The translations under genes and the position numbers were made by a program. From Pristiophorus japonicus (taxonomy: Eukaryota), in the NCBI RefSeq assembly GCF_044704955.1, contig NW_027252668.1, forward strand, positions 3,968,001-4,032,000: 64,000 bases of DNA, in the 5' to 3' direction. The notes beneath the pieces were generated by a model, which was not told the DNA's origin, made no database searches, and worked only from the letters and a program-made list of their open reading frames with translations. This document shows, one piece after another, positions 12,852 through 27,689 of this stretch (its first letter is position 1; the number at the start of each line of letters is the position of its first letter).

Positions 12852-13726
12852 TCCACCGATTCTTCCTGGTAACCCATTTTAACCGGTTCTGACACCGGGA
12901 ATGTAGAGACTTGTCCCAGGAATCCTGACAGTCCCTGTGTTTCAGTGAAGGCGGGGAGTTTAAGCTTTGATTGTACAGTCTGACTCATCATTTTGGGCAC
13001 TACCATCTGTTGGTCACGAGAGGCATGTTTAGCTCTTTGTCAGCACAGTGGTTCCCTATATCAACCGGGGATTTTCCGGTGGTGTGGGCGGTACATTTAA
13101 CAACAGCAATGTGCTTGGGGAGCATAAGGGCTTGCAACAAATCAGATCATGGCCCACCCCAAAGGCATACCTAGAGTCGGTATAGATATTGACTTTGAGG
13201 TCTTTGGCCAAGATACAGGCTCGGGTGAGGGCGAATAGTTCAGCTTGTTGGGCAGAATAGGCGGTTTCAAAAGCGGCAGATTCCAAGATCTGATTCTCCT
13301 GGTTTACGATGGCATATCGTGAGATTCGTGTACCTTCTAGATTAATAGAAGATCTTCCGTCAACATACATAATACAGTCTGGATCTTCAATTGGTACATC
13401 AACAAAATCTTCCCTGACTGATGTGGCCTCTTAAATTAAAGATAAACAATCATGACTGGGTTCTTCCTCATCTTGGGGTGGCTCAGTAAGAAAACAGGCC
13501 GGATTAATTGCAGTCCAGTGCTGAAAGGTCAGTTTAGGATTGCCTGTGATTTCAGTGGGTTCTGTCGGATAGAGGGCCAGTCCACATTGCCCTGCACTGG
13601 GATCTCAATCGGATCAATGGGAGTATAACCCACTTGGGAGTGGTCCTCTGCCCACACATGAGGATCCACATAGTCAGGTATTTGCACATCCCGGCTGGTA
13701 GGGTCAGCCTCGTCTATAGCCTGGCG
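12852..13726 (-). mobile_element. Endogenous retrovirus pol fragments (RT N-terminus, RNase H), internally deleted
   Basis: YVDG...SAQQAELFALTRAC...VNIYTDSRYAFG are retroviral RNase H motifs; DPHVWA...PSIRQNPL resembles the RT N-terminus. Confidence 0.85.
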
Positions 13727-14705
13727 CACAAAACAAATTAAACTTTAAAACATAAAATCAAATTAAAATTTGGTTGCCGGGGGTGATGATGCACTCCAGT
13801 CCCTTCGGCGCCCAACTCTCGCGGAAGGCCGCGAGCGTACCGGTGGACACCGCGTGCTCCATCACCAAGGACACCCTGGCGCGTATGTACGCGCGGAAGA
13901 GAGGCAGGCAGTCAGGCTGAACGAACCCCTCGACCGCCCGCTGCCTGGACCGGCTGATGGCCCCCTTGGCCGTGCCCAGGAGCAGTCCTATGAGGAGGCC
14001 CTCGGACCTACCTGCTCCCCTCCGCACAGGGTGCCCAAAGATCAGGAGTGTGGGACTGAAGTGCAGCCAGAATTTCAGGAGCAGCCCCTTTAAATATTGG
14101 AAAAGGGGCTGCAACCTCGTGCATTCAATAAAAACATGGAGCACAGACTCTTCCAGACCGCAGAAATTGCAGGCGGCCTGGGAGCCCGTGAACCGACTTA
14201 AAAATTTATTGCACGGGACTGCTCCGTGCACCACCCTCCAGGCCAAGTCACTGATAAATAATGGGAGTACTCCTGCGTAGAGTGCACTCCATTCGGGACC
14301 CCTGCCTCCTCCGGATGGCAAGATGATACGCCATGGTGTGTCCGGACGGCAGACGAGGATGGCAAAGTTGAGTGTGCAGGAGCAGATCGTACAGGAAACC
14401 CCTCCGTGCAGAACTGAAAGGCACGGAGGGGATTTCCCCGAGGCGGCTCAAGTTGTGAGGCGCCGGCTCCCGAGGGAGGTTCCGATGTTTGGCGCCGATG
14501 AGGAATTCCGTCCGGACAGGGGTCAGTTCGGACGGGATCTGCCCACGTGCTTGAGCCTCCTCGACACACCTAACGGAGTCAGGGCCCAGTGCTGTTTTTA
14601 GCGACTCGATGGCATCGGCCGCGCGGCGGACGTCGGCCGAATTTAGGTGCCATGCCAGCGTGTCTGGCGCCATCCAGCCCACTCCTCCGCCATCGAGCAG
14701 GTACC
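13727..14705 (-). mobile_element. Tx1-clade LINE ORF2 3' fragment
   Basis: ORF 13758-14321 (CNFCGLEESVLHVFIEC zinc knuckle) closely matches 50760-51720. Confidence 0.92.
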
Positions 14706-15213
14706 CCGCCTCACAACTCAAACCCCAAACACCAGATTCTCCAAATCAGCTGGAATAAGGTGTTTGTAAAGTGCTGAACCTGTCTGTGAGAGGAGATGGA
14801 ATAAGGTCTGAGATTGACAGGGAACGGACTATATAGGTGGGAATATTCCTGATTGTGAATTGTACCAGGACCTTATTTAACAGCTTCTGATTCCTGGAAG
14901 CCTTGAATATGAATTCCGAGTCTGTAAGGGTTTGTGCAGAGCGCTGTGTATCGGTTGTATTGTGGAGAAAACAATTTGAAATTGGCGGTTGCAGAAAGCT
15001 GGAGGTGGAGCTGGAAGATCAGAGGCCGCACTCTGCTCTGTCTCTCAATCTTGATTCTGTCTCCTCCCCTGCCGCGCTCTCTGTTTAATCTCTCACTCTG
15101 TCTCCTGCCCTTCCCGCCTCTCTTACTCTGCGCTTTCTCAGTCAGGTCGGGGCCGGCTCTATAAAAAAGGAGCCAGGAGCAGTTAGTTCCTCATTCAGCG
15201 ACAGTTTGAGTGA

Positions 15214-16526
<1,313 letters not shown>

Positions 16527-16930
16527 ACAACTCCACCCTTTCCACCCAGCACAACACAAAGGTTCTTTTAAGAGCCCCGCACCGCCTCACAGAGAGCAGT
16601 GACCTGGGGATGGCAGTGTGGACAGTTTGGTTGGGAAGTTATTTCAGCTATTTAATTAATGGAAAGAAAGACTTTGATGTTTCTAGTGCCTTACACGGCC
16701 ATCGGACTTCTGCGGCAGTTTGAAAATCCACACTTCTAGATGGTTAACCTTATAACTAAAAACATCTGAGGCTCATTTCTGATCAGCAAACTTCAAGCTT
16801 AATTATAGTGAAGTATGTTAAATTAAATCTGGGACTATTGTTATCCACAGAACAGAAAGCAGCCCTTTCATAGATAGTGTGGGTGGCTCTGAAAAGAGCC
16901 TTTGGGTTATTAGATTAAATGCTGTCCGCT

Positions 16931-17723
<793 letters not shown>

Positions 17724-18673
17724 GCAGGGAGCGAATTTGTGATTGGTCGCTCGGTGGTGAATTTCATTGGTTTTTCCAGGTGACCAATCACAGTCTGTTT
17801 AGCCCACCAATGAAAGTAGGGCGGAAATTGCTGTCTCCAACAGTCAGAATAACGATTTTTAATTTAAAAACCCCGCCAAGAAATTTTAAAATAGCGGATT
17901 ATGTTAATATAAATTCACTATTAGTCAAAGATTTCCCAACACGTTTTAATTAATTTTGTCTTTCACATCTTCCCCTTGCAAGTTTCAAGCTGTTACAATC
18001 AGGATTAAATTCGGGTACTATTTCAAACTGTCTAATGGGCGGGAATCAATCCCCACCGATTCTGCAATGGGACACATTCCAACTTAATCTTTGTAAAAAT
18101 TGGGTTTCACAGATTATCGATCCTGCAAAGACGGGAGTGAGCCCAGAACTGGGAGTCCTTCAGTGAAAAGAGAAGAGGGACAGAGTATTCAAACTGCACC
18201 GGTTCTGGTCTCGAAGAACTCCCATTCTGGGTTGTTACACTGCGGGGAGTCTCGGGTTAATAAACGGACTGACCTACAACAGGAATTGAAAAATAAACTT
18301 GAAAAGGGCTTGCGAGAGAGAATGTGTGACTGAAATCTGAGTCTCAGTCCCTAAACAAGCTCTTAATTTGGCAGGCGGTGTAAATGAACGTGTCTGAGAG
18401 CACAGGGAAACAGCGACCAGGGACCGTATTTGTAGTTGGCAGAAAATTCCAGCGACGCTAAAGTGGAACGCGACAGTGAAACTGATATGAGAATTCAAAA
18501 CTAAATCTACAACTGGAAGTGTAAAAGTTCTCAAATATACTTGTTCAGGAAATAATTACAGTAAACAGAGTGTAAAGGGAGATGCGTTTGTGCAGCTCTT
18601 TCAGAGAGGTTGTGGGTGGCTCTTAAAAGAGCCGTTGTGTTTGGGGTTTGATCTGTCAGGACAGCGGGCAGTC

Positions 18674-19054
18674 TCACTTGGAGCTGGTGTACTTAGTCAC
18701 CGCCTTTGTCCCTTCCGACACGGCGTGCTTGGCCAGCTCCCCGGGCAGCAGCAGGCGCACGGAGGTCTGGATCTCCCGGGAACTGATGGTGCGGCGCTTG
18801 TTGTAATGGGCCAGGCGGGAAGCCTCACCCGCGATGCGCTCGAAAATATCGCTCACAAACGAGTTCATGATGCCCATGGCCTTGGAGGAGATGCCGGTGT
18901 CGGGGTGAACCTGCTTCATCACTTTGTAGATGTAGATGGCGTAACTCTCCTTCCTCGACTTTCTGCGCTTCTTGCCGCTCTTCGCTGGGGTTTTCTTGAT
19001 TACTTTCTTGGCACCTTTCTTGGCGGGACCTGTTTTCTTTTCGTCAGCCATCAT
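18674..19054 (-). CDS. H2B: Histone H2B
   Basis: ...[26 protein letters not shown]...AVTKYTSSK; stem-loop at 18618-18633; start may be the second ATG (19051). Confidence 0.96.
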   Translation of the reverse strand: MMADEKKTGPAKKGAKKVIKKTPAKSGKKRRKSRKESYAIYIYKVMKQVHPDTGISSKAMGIMNSFVSDIFERIAGEASRLAHYNKRRTISSREIQTSVRLLLPGELAKHAVSEGTKAVTKYTSSK

Positions 19055-19099
19055 CTCGTTCAGTCAGGCGCAGATTTGGGGAAACTCTGCTCCGAGCCC

Positions 19100-19240
19100 G
19101 CATTATATCGGCAGCCCCACACTCCGCCCACAGCCCTATGCTAATGAGGGATGGGCGAAGGCAATGGTTGTGATTGGCTTGTCAATATCCATTGTTCTGT
19201 ATCTCTCTGATTGGATGTTTAAAGAGACCAATCAAATTTG
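19100..19240 (-). promoter_or_regulatory. H2B promoter (TATA, octamer variant, CCAAT boxes)
   Basis: ATATAAT at about 19102; ATTAGCAT octamer-like site at about 19138-19145; several CCAAT/ATTGG. Confidence 0.75.
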
Positions 19241-19536
19241 TGCTCGCCACGATCTAAAATTCATGAATGAGGTCATGTGTTGCAACACCTCCTGATTTAT
19301 ACTCTGTTCTGCTATCAGGCAAAAACTTTATGAGCAAGGTTCATAAATCTTTTAGTATATATTCAATAATCTGAAGAGCAAACTCACTGTTCTGTTTATC
19401 GATCTGGATTTTTACATGTTCAACAGACATTGACCGGTTCATAACCGAGATTGACTGAGGGTGATTTCTGGTCAGGAAACTCCCAGTTTATCAACCATAG
19501 GGATTTAATATCAAGTAGAGAAATAGTGACCTGGAT

Positions 19537-19961
19537 TTATATTGCGCCTTTCACGACCATCGGACTTCTGAACGTGCTTCGCAACCAATGAAGTGCTTTT
19601 TGAAGTGTAGACACTGTAGTAATGTAGGAACGGCGGCAGACATTTCGCGCACAACAAGCTCCCACAAACAGCAATGTGATAATGACTAGATAATCCATTG
19701 TGTTATGTTGATCGAGGGCTAAGTATTGGCCAGGACACCGGGCATAATTGACCTGCTCTTCTTCAAAATAGTGGCCGTGGGATCTATTACATCCACCTGA
19801 GAGAGCGACGGACCTCGGTTTAACGTCTCTTCCTATAGATGGCACCTCCAACAGTGCAGCATTCCCTCATCACTGCACTGGTATGTCAGCCTCGATTTTT
19901 GTGCTCAAGTCCCTGGAGTCTGACTCAGAAGTGAGGGTGCTACCAACTGAAGCACAGCTGA
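19537..19961 (-). mobile_element. tRNA-headed Deu-domain SINE (SacSINE1/AmnSINE-related)
   Basis: Minus strand has an A-box-like head, then the ...GCTGCACTGTTGGAGGTGCC...AGACGTTAAACCGAGGTCC...AGATCCCACGGCCACTATTTTGAAGAAGAGCAGG core; tail remnants of the same family at about 11490-11570 and 56835-56910. Confidence 0.75.
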
Positions 19962-20001
19962 TAAGATTGTGATCAATAGATCAGTTTCTTCAGACAGTAA
20001 C

Positions 20002-20136
20002 CAGCCCTTTCACAGTTAGAGTGCGTGGCTCTGAAAAGAACCAACGTGGTATTAGATTAAATCTTGTCCATTTTACTTGCTCTTGCTGGGCCCAGCATTG
20101 GATTTCTTTGTCAGGAGCACCACGTGGATTTTTGGC
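20002..20136 (-). pseudogene. H2A: Degraded H2A 3'-end remnant
   Basis: Reads ...IHVVLLTKKSNAGPSKSK*; damaged stem-loop and flank resemble 16855-16990. Confidence 0.65.
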
Positions 20137-20659
20137 TGTTCAACCATGATCCTATTGAATTGTGGAGCAGGCTCGAGGGGCCTTATGGCCTTCTCCCATT
20201 TCTTACAGCTGAATTTGATTACATCATTGTGTTAAGTGATTAAATATTTATTTAGATTTGCAGGTCAAGGAATTTCTCAAACGTAAGGGCTATTTACTTG
20301 ACACAGCTCGACAAAGGCGCACCTAACTTTGATAAATATATTTGGAAATATGATTTATGTGAGTGTTGTTTTTTCTTCAGTTTCTGCTCGGCGAATTTGG
20401 GTTTCATTATACACCTGTCAGCTTCGAGTATGTGAGTGTGATTTTCACATTGTCTCGCTGTCTCTGGGATGTGTGTGTGGGTTTTATTCTGTACCTGGTC
20501 AGTTTCTGTTATGCAAATGCATGTTTTACTCTCTACTTGTCAGTTTCTGTTATGTGAGTGTGTTTTACTCTGTCCCTGACAGTCACTGATATGTGAGTGT
20601 GGGCTTTATTGTGTATTGTTCAGACTTTGAGATGTGAGTGTGAATTTTACTTTATATGA

Positions 20660-20905
20660 ATGAAAAAACTGACTTTATTTAAAAGAGAAAGACTAGTAGA
20701 TGTTATTGAGTGGAATCTGAGTGTCCTTGTACATGAATCACAGAAAGTTAACATGCAGTTACAGCAAACAATTAGGAAGATAAATGGTATGTTAGCCCTT
20801 AATGCAAATGGGTTGGAGTAAAAGAGTAAGGTAGCGTTGGTACAATAATATCGAACTGAGATTGGGAGAAATTTGTTCACTCAGAGGGTTGTGAATCACT
20901 GGAGT
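20660..20905 (+). mobile_element. Degenerate CR1 fragment
   Basis: CTTGTACATGAATCACAGAAAGTT... and ACTCAGAGGGTTGTGAAT match CR1 ORF2 segments elsewhere in the window. Confidence 0.7.
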
Positions 20906-21449
20906 TGGGATTTTAACCTGCATCTGTCAGTTTCCTGTATGTGAATCGTGGTGTTTTCTGGGGTTTTTTGTCAGTAATTTGTGGAGATTTACTTGGAGCT
21001 AGTGTGCTTGGCCAACTCTCCGGGTAGTACCAGACTCATGGCCGTCGAGATGTGTGGACACAATCTGTACACTCCTAACTGTTAGAGGTTGCTGCCATCT
21101 CCTGGCTGAAAGCGAGTGCTGCAACAAGTGACAATCATTCAGCAGAACCCATTTTAAATTCCACAGATCGCTCAGAACCATGTTTATGTTCAGCTTAAAC
21201 TATTGCAAAGTATTTTATTGGTCCGGCTGAAAACTCCAAACAACCATTAAAAGCAGGTGGAGGCGCTCACCCGATTGTAGTGTGAACAGTGGGTTAATCA
21301 CTGAGTGTGGGATAGACATTACTGGGCAATTCATTTCAACCAAACGTGTCTTTGCAGAGACGTCTACAGTGCTGGGGTTAATCATTGAGTATGGGACAGA
21401 CACTGCCTCTGTCACTCAGCTACTGTGTGCTAATGTGGGATTCACTGGT

Positions 21450-22010
21450 CAGTGTAGGATAGATACTGTATCTGTCACTGTCTGGTACAGTGTGTCAGTG
21501 TGGGATTGACTGGGAGTATAGTAAAGACACTGTATCTGTCACTGTCTGGTACAGTGTGTCAGTGTGGGATTGACTGGGAGTATAGTAAAGACACTGTATC
21601 TGTCACTGTCTGGTACAGTGTGTCAGTGTGGGATTGACTGGGAGTATAGTAAAGACACTGTATCTGTCACTGTCTGGTACAGTGTGTCAGTGTGGGATTG
21701 ACTGGGAGTATAGTAAAGACACTGTATCTGTCACTCTCTGGAACAGTGTGTCAGTGTGGGATTGACTGGGAGTATAGTAAAGACACTGTATCTGTCACTC
21801 TCTGGAACAGTGTGTCAGTGTGGGATTGACTGGGAGTATAGTAAAGACACTGTCTGGTACAGTGTGTCAGTATGGGATTAACTGGGAGTATAGTAAAGAC
21901 ACTGTATCTGTCACTGTCTGGTACAGTGTGTCAGTGTGGGATTGACTGGGAGTATAGTAAAGACACTATCTGTCACTGTCTGGTGCAGTGTGTCAGTGTG
22001 GGATTGACCG
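21450..22010. repeat. 64-bp tandem repeat, about 8.5 copies, high identity
   Basis: TCTGGTACAGTGTGTCAGTGTGGGATTGACTGGGAGTATAGTAAAGACACTGTATCTGTCACTG at 21481, 21545 and onward; short paralogue at 58700-58860. Confidence 0.92.
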
Positions 22011-22053
22011 GCACGTGTAAAAACAGAAAGCGATGCTTTCCCGCTTGATGCGT

Positions 22054-22126
22054 GTGATGGTGGTAGAGTGGTGAGCACAGCTGCCTTCCAAGCTAGTTGA
22101 TCTGGGTTCAATTCATGGCCGTAGGA
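22054..22126 (+). pseudogene. tRNA-Gly(TCC) pseudogene
   Basis: TGGTGGTAGAGTGGTGAGCACAGCTGCCTTCCAAGCTAGTTGATCTGGGTTCAATTC resembles vertebrate tRNA-Gly-TCC; acceptor stem does not pair. Confidence 0.8.
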
Positions 22127-22869
22127 TCCAGTCAAAATTTAATCCACTTTCTGTTTGGGATGTATAAGTGAGTGTTTTAATCAGTACCTGTGAATTTCTC
22201 ATTTGTGAATGTGGATTTTAATCTTTACACACATTCTCTAATTATTGTGGGGTGTTTCTATGTACTGTATTGGAACCGGGTTTGTGATTATGGACTTTAT
22301 TCTGTATCAGCCCACCTCTGGTATGTGATTATGACTTTTACTCTGTATCTGTCAGTGTTTGATATGACAGTGTGTTTTATTCCATACCAGTCCTGCTCCT
22401 ATTTTTTATGTTCTTATTTTTATTATGATATACAAGTTTAAAAGCAAAATACTGTGGATGCTGGAATTGGAAATAAAAACAGAAAATGCTGGAAATTTCA
22501 GCGGGTCAGGCAGCATCTGTGGAGAGAGAGAGAGAGTTAACGTTTCAGTTCGATGACAAAGGCTCATACACCTGAAACATTAACTCTGTTCCTCTCTCCA
22601 CTTTTATTGATATGGAATAGAGGGGAGTACTCTGTATCTGTCATTTTCAGCTTTGCGATGGTAGGTTCTAGTCTGTTTCTTTCAGTCCCTGGTACGTGAG
22701 CGTCGCTCTGTATCTATCGGTCCCTGGTATGTGCGTGTGGACTTTACTCTGTATCTGGCAGTGTCTGTTATGGGAATCTGGATTTTATTCTGTACTTGTC
22801 ATCTTCTGATTTATTGGTGTGGGTCTTATCCTATAACTGCCAGTTTCTACCTAATTCAGAGATGGTTTT

Positions 22870-24592
22870 CCTTTGAATCTGTCAGTCTCTGGTATGGGAG
22901 TATGTATCTATCGGTGTGCCTGTCAGTCTCTGGTATGGGAGTATGTATCTATCTGTGCTGTCCGTGTCTAGTATGGGAGTATGTTACTATCTCTGTGCCT
23001 GTCAGTCTCTGGTATGGGAGTAAGTATCTATCTGTGTGCATTCAGTGACTGGTATGGGAGTAATATCTATCTGTGTGCCTGTCAGTCTCTGCTTTGGGAG
23101 TTTGTATCCATCTCTGTGCCTGCCATTCTCTGGTATGGAAGTATGTATCTATCTCTGTCCCTTTCAGTCGCTGGTGTGTGAGTATGTATCTATCTCTTTC
23201 CCTGTCAGTGTCAGGTACAGGAATATGTATCTTTCTCTCTGCCAGTTAGTGTCTGCTAAGGGTGTTTCCATCTGTGTGCCGGTCAATATCTGGTATGGGA
23301 GTACGTATCTATCTCTGTACCTGTCGATCGCTGGTGTGGGACTCTGTATCTTTCTGTCCCTGTCAGTGTCTGCTATGGGAGTATGTATCGATCCGTGCAG
23401 TCCGTGTCTGTTATGGGAGTCATCATCGTCATAGGCAGTCCCTCGAGTCGAGGATGACTTGCTTCCATGCCAAAAAGTTCACAGGTGTTTCAATGAAGGA
23501 CCTAATATTCCAGGTCCCGAACTACATGTTAAAGGGTGAAAGGTACCTGTGCGTCGATTTTTTTTTTTTACATGTGGTGGCAGTTGCACACCAGCCACCA
23601 CACGGACTTGACAGAGCTAGGTCTTGGTCCAGTGGCAAGGGTTATCCAAGACGACTGGAGACCAGCTCTGCGGCACTGACCTAGTGCGCACACATATCGC
23701 AGTGTGGGCTGGTCCATGCTGCCCCTGGGCCCTCGCCTCTCCTGGGCCCCGAACTCAAGCCTCTCCTTGGCCCTGATCTACCCATCTGGTACTCCCATCT
23801 GTATCTATCTGTGTACCTGTCAGTCTCTGGTATGGGGGGATGTATCCATTTCTGCCTGTCCCGGTCAGTGTCAAGTACGGGAGTATGTATCGATCCCTGC
23901 TGTCCGTGTTTGGTATGTGAGTATGTATCTATCTCTGTCCCGGTCCGTCTCTGGTATGGGAGTATGTATCTATCTGTGCAAGTCAGTCTCTGGTATGTGA
24001 GTATGTATCTATCTCTGTCCCTGTCAGTCTCTGGTACGGGAGTATGTATCTATCACTGTGCCTGTCAGTCTCTGGTGTGGGAGTATGTATCTATCGCTGT
24101 CCCTGTCAGTCTCTGGTATGGGACTATGTATCTCTGTCTCTGCCACTCTCTGGTATGGAGTATGTATCCAACTCTGTGCCTATCAGTGCTTGGAATGGAA
24201 GTATATATCTATCTCTGTGCCTGTCAGTCTCTGGTATGGGAGTATGTATCTATCTGTGCCTGTCACTGTCTGATATGGGAGTATGTATCTATCTCTGTGC
24301 ACGGTGTGGGAGTATGTATCTATCTCTGTGCTGTCAGTCTGTGGTATGGGAGTATGTATCTATCTGTGTGCCTGTCAGTGACCGGTATAGAAGTATGTAT
24401 CTATCTCTGTGCTCGTCAGTGTCTGGTCTGGAAGTAGATATCTATCTCTGTCCCTGTCAGTCTCTGGTATGGGATTATGTATCTATCTGTGTGCCTGTCC
24501 GTCTCTGGTATGGGAGTATTTATCTATCTGTGTGCAAGTCAGTCTCTGATATGGGAGTATGTATCTATCTTTGTTCCTGTCAGTCTTTGGTA
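22870..24592. repeat. ~37-43-bp TC/GT-rich satellite
   Basis: Unit like TGTCAGTCTCTGGTATGGGAGTATGTATCTATCTGTGTGCC; also at 59450-60065 and 61830-62650. Confidence 0.9.
23421..23790 (-). mobile_element. Short non-autonomous RTE-type retroelement
   Basis: Ends GGAAGCAAGTCATCCTCGAC..GAGGGACTGCCTATGA(C/T)GATGATG, an RTE-like (GAT)n tail; second copy at 62236-62560. Confidence 0.65.
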
Positions 24593-26010
24593 TAGAAACA
24601 GAGAAAATAGGTGCAGGAGTAGGCCATTCGGCCCTTCGAGCCTGCACCGCCATTCAATGAGTTCATGGCTGAACATGCAACTTCAGAACCCCATTCCTGC
24701 TTTCTCGCCATACCCCTTGATCCCCCTAGTAGTAAGGACTTCATCTAACTCCTTTTTGAATATATTTAGTGAATTGGCCTCAACAACGTTCTGTGGTAGA
24801 GAATTCCACAGGTTCACCACTCTCTAGGTGAAGTTTCTCCTCATCTCAGTCTTAAATGGCTTACCCCTTATCCTTAGACTGTGTCCCCTGGTTCTGGATT
24901 TCCCCAACATTGGGAACATTCTTCCTGCATCTAACCTGTCTAAACCCATCAGAATTTTAAACGTTTCTATGAGGTTCCCTCTCATTCTTCTGAACTCCAG
25001 TGAATACAAGCCCAGTTGATCCAGTCTTTCTTGATAGGTCAGTCCCGCCATCCCGGGAATCAGTCTGGTGAACCTTCGCTGCACTCCCTCAATAGCAAGA
25101 ATGTCCTTCCTCAAGTTAGGAGACCAAAACTGTACACAATACTCCAGGTGTGGCCTCACCAAGGCCCTGTACAACTGTAGCAACACTTCCCTGCCCCTGA
25201 ACTCAAATCCCCTCGCTATGAAGGCCAACATGCCATTTGCTTTCTTAACCGCCTGCTGTACCTGCATGCCAACCTTCAATGACTGATGTACCATGACACC
25301 CAGGTCTCGTTGCACCTCCCCTTTTCCTAATCTGTCACCATTCAGGTAATATTCTGCCTTCCTGTTTTTGCCACCAAAGTGGATAACATCACATTTATCC
25401 ACATTATACTGCATCTGCCATGCATTTGCCCACTCACCTAACCTGTCCAAATCACCCTGCAGCCTCTTAGCTTCCTCCTCACAGCTCACACTGCCACCCA
25501 GCTTAGTGTCATCTGCAAATGTAGGGATATTACATTCAATTCCTTTGTCTAAATCATGAATGTATATTGTAAATAGCTGGGGTCCCAGCATAGAAACATA
25601 GAAACATAGAAAATAGGTGCAGGAGTAGGCCATTCGTCCCTTCAAGCCTGCACCACCATTCAACAAGATCATGGCTGATCAGCCACCCCAGCACCTCCCC
25701 CCTCCACGCCCCTTCCACAACCCCCGACCCCCCCCCAGCCGCATGGCACCTTCCAGCACCCCACCAGTCACTGCCTGCCGTTCTGAAAAGAACCCGTTTG
25801 TTCCTACTCTTTGCTTCCTGTCTGCCAACCAGTTCTCTATCCATGTCAATACATTACCCCCAATACCATGTGCTTTAATTTTGCACATCTCTTGTGTGGG
25901 ACCTTGTCAAAAGTCTTTTGAAATTCGAAATACACCACATCCACTGGTTCTCCCTTATCCACTCTTAGTTACATCCTCAAAAAATTCTGGAAGATTGGTC
26001 AAGCATGACT
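24593..26010 (-). mobile_element. CR1 LINE RT and 3' end, with a nested CR1 tail at about 25590-25680
   Basis: ORF 24824-25672 FADDTKLGG...[13 protein letters not shown]; TTTCTATG-type tails. Confidence 0.92.
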
Positions 26011-26780
26011 AATCTCTCCACATAATTGAAGTCTCAGGTATCATCCTGGTAAACCTCCTCTGTACCCTCTCCAACACCTTGGCATTCTTCCTAATGTGTG
26101 TTGCTCAGAATTGTACACAATACTCCAGCCTCACCAATGATTTGTAATGGGTTAGCATTGAACTCCTTGTTTTTATGTTTAGTGCTCCATTTACAAAGTG
26201 AAAGATCCCATACACTCTCTTAAATGTCTTATCAGCTTACCCTTCCATCTTCAAACATTTGTGGATATTTACCCCCAGGTCTCTCTGCTCTTACATCCCC
26301 TTAAAATAGTACCGTCTGCATTATACTGCCTCTCCATGTTGAACTTCCCAAAGTGTATCATTTCACACTGGGCTATAATAAATTGCATCTGCCATGTTTC
26401 AGTCCAGTTCACCAGTCTGTCTGTGCCTTTCTAAAGTCTGCTGCTATCCTGCTCACCATTTACTACAATCAACTTTCTTGCCCTCAGCAAACCTCGAAGG
26501 TCCACTCCCGATAGCAAAGACCAGGTCATTTAAAATATAACCAGAAAAGCAAAGGCATCAATTGCGACACCTGGTTGACCCAATGTAAACTTCTCCGCAG
26601 TTGGAGAAACATCGGTCCACCACTGCTCTCTGACCCCTGTCCCTCAGCTAATTACAGATCCAATTTACCACTGTCCCTTTAACACCATGTGCTTCAATTT
26701 TACAAACAAGTCCATTATGTGATACTTTATCAAATGGCTTTTGAAAGTCCATGTATACAACCTCTACTGCACTTACCTCA
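26010..26780 (-). mobile_element. Older, degenerate CR1-like RT fragment
   Basis: Minus-strand remnants of the DFQK-FDKV and 3' ORF2 segments. Confidence 0.6.
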
Positions 26781-26973
26781 ACACTGTGATACTTAATTTA
26801 CTCTAAAAACACACACGATTCAATGTGACTGTGTGTTCAGAGACAGAAACTGATCTTATTTCAAGTCCCACTGCACGACCTCCTGCTGGATAATTGTGCT
26901 CGGTGGTCAGACTCTCCCAATCTCATTCCCATCATTTCCTGCCTTATCTTGTAATCTTTGTGTACTGTCTACA

Positions 26974-27310
26974 GGACCAGTGTGTATCTGAGTCAATGGA
27001 GCTCTCTCTGACCTTTCTCCCCAGTCCATCTCCAGTGTGTATCTGAATCAATGGGACTCTCTCTGACCTTTCTCCCCAGTCCATCCCCAGGATCAGTGTG
27101 TATATGAGTCAATGGGACTCTCTCTGTCCTTTCTCCGCAGTTCCCCAGGACCAGTGTGTATCTGAGTCAATGGGATTCTCTCTGACCTTTTTCCTCAGTC
27201 CAGCCCCAGGACCAATGTTTATCTGGGTCAATGGGACTCTCTCTGACCTTTCTCAGTGGTCCATCCCCAGGACCAGGGTGTATCTGGGTCAATGGGACTC
27301 TCTCTTACCT
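26974..27310. repeat. ~60-bp tandem repeat, about 6 copies
   Basis: Unit like CAGGACCAGTGTGTATCTGAGTCAATGGGACTCTCTCTGACCTTTCTCCCCAGTCCATCCC. Confidence 0.85.
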
Positions 27311-27689
27311 TTCGCCCCTGTCGATCTATGGAAGCTCTTTGATTCAGAAGGGTTATCTCTGGTTGGTGCTCTCACAATCCTGTGCTGGTTCACCGGCCAT
27401 TGTTCCTCAGTCTACAGTCCTTGTTTCCTTCCACCTGTGGAACTTTCTCAATCACTCCATCATTCACCGGAAGATCTAATAATGGCAGGGCAGAAAATGA
27501 GACAAATATTGACGGTGTGCAGTGGAATGTAATGTATACTTTTCTGACGCTTAATAAAACTGAAAGTTCAGGGTCGAGTATTCTTGTTGGAGTTTGTCAT
27601 TTCCCCGGCAAGCCCACGGGAGCATCACACAAATTGCCAGAGTTCTTGACAAAACTGCGGAATTTACTGTCTATTGCTGAGACAAACCG

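Noticed and set aside
21450-22010. CRISPR-like regular repeats (also 27690-32125)
   Set aside because: Head-to-tail units with no unique spacers, no cas genes, and a eukaryotic context.
22054-22126. Functional tRNA-Gly
   Set aside because: Acceptor stem unpaired, an extra base in the anticodon arm and an altered T arm.
22731-24595. Cys/Val/Ser/Tyr-rich ORFs (also 41800-42700, 59270-60140, 61850-62460)
   Set aside because: Translations of satellite DNA, open in several frames.
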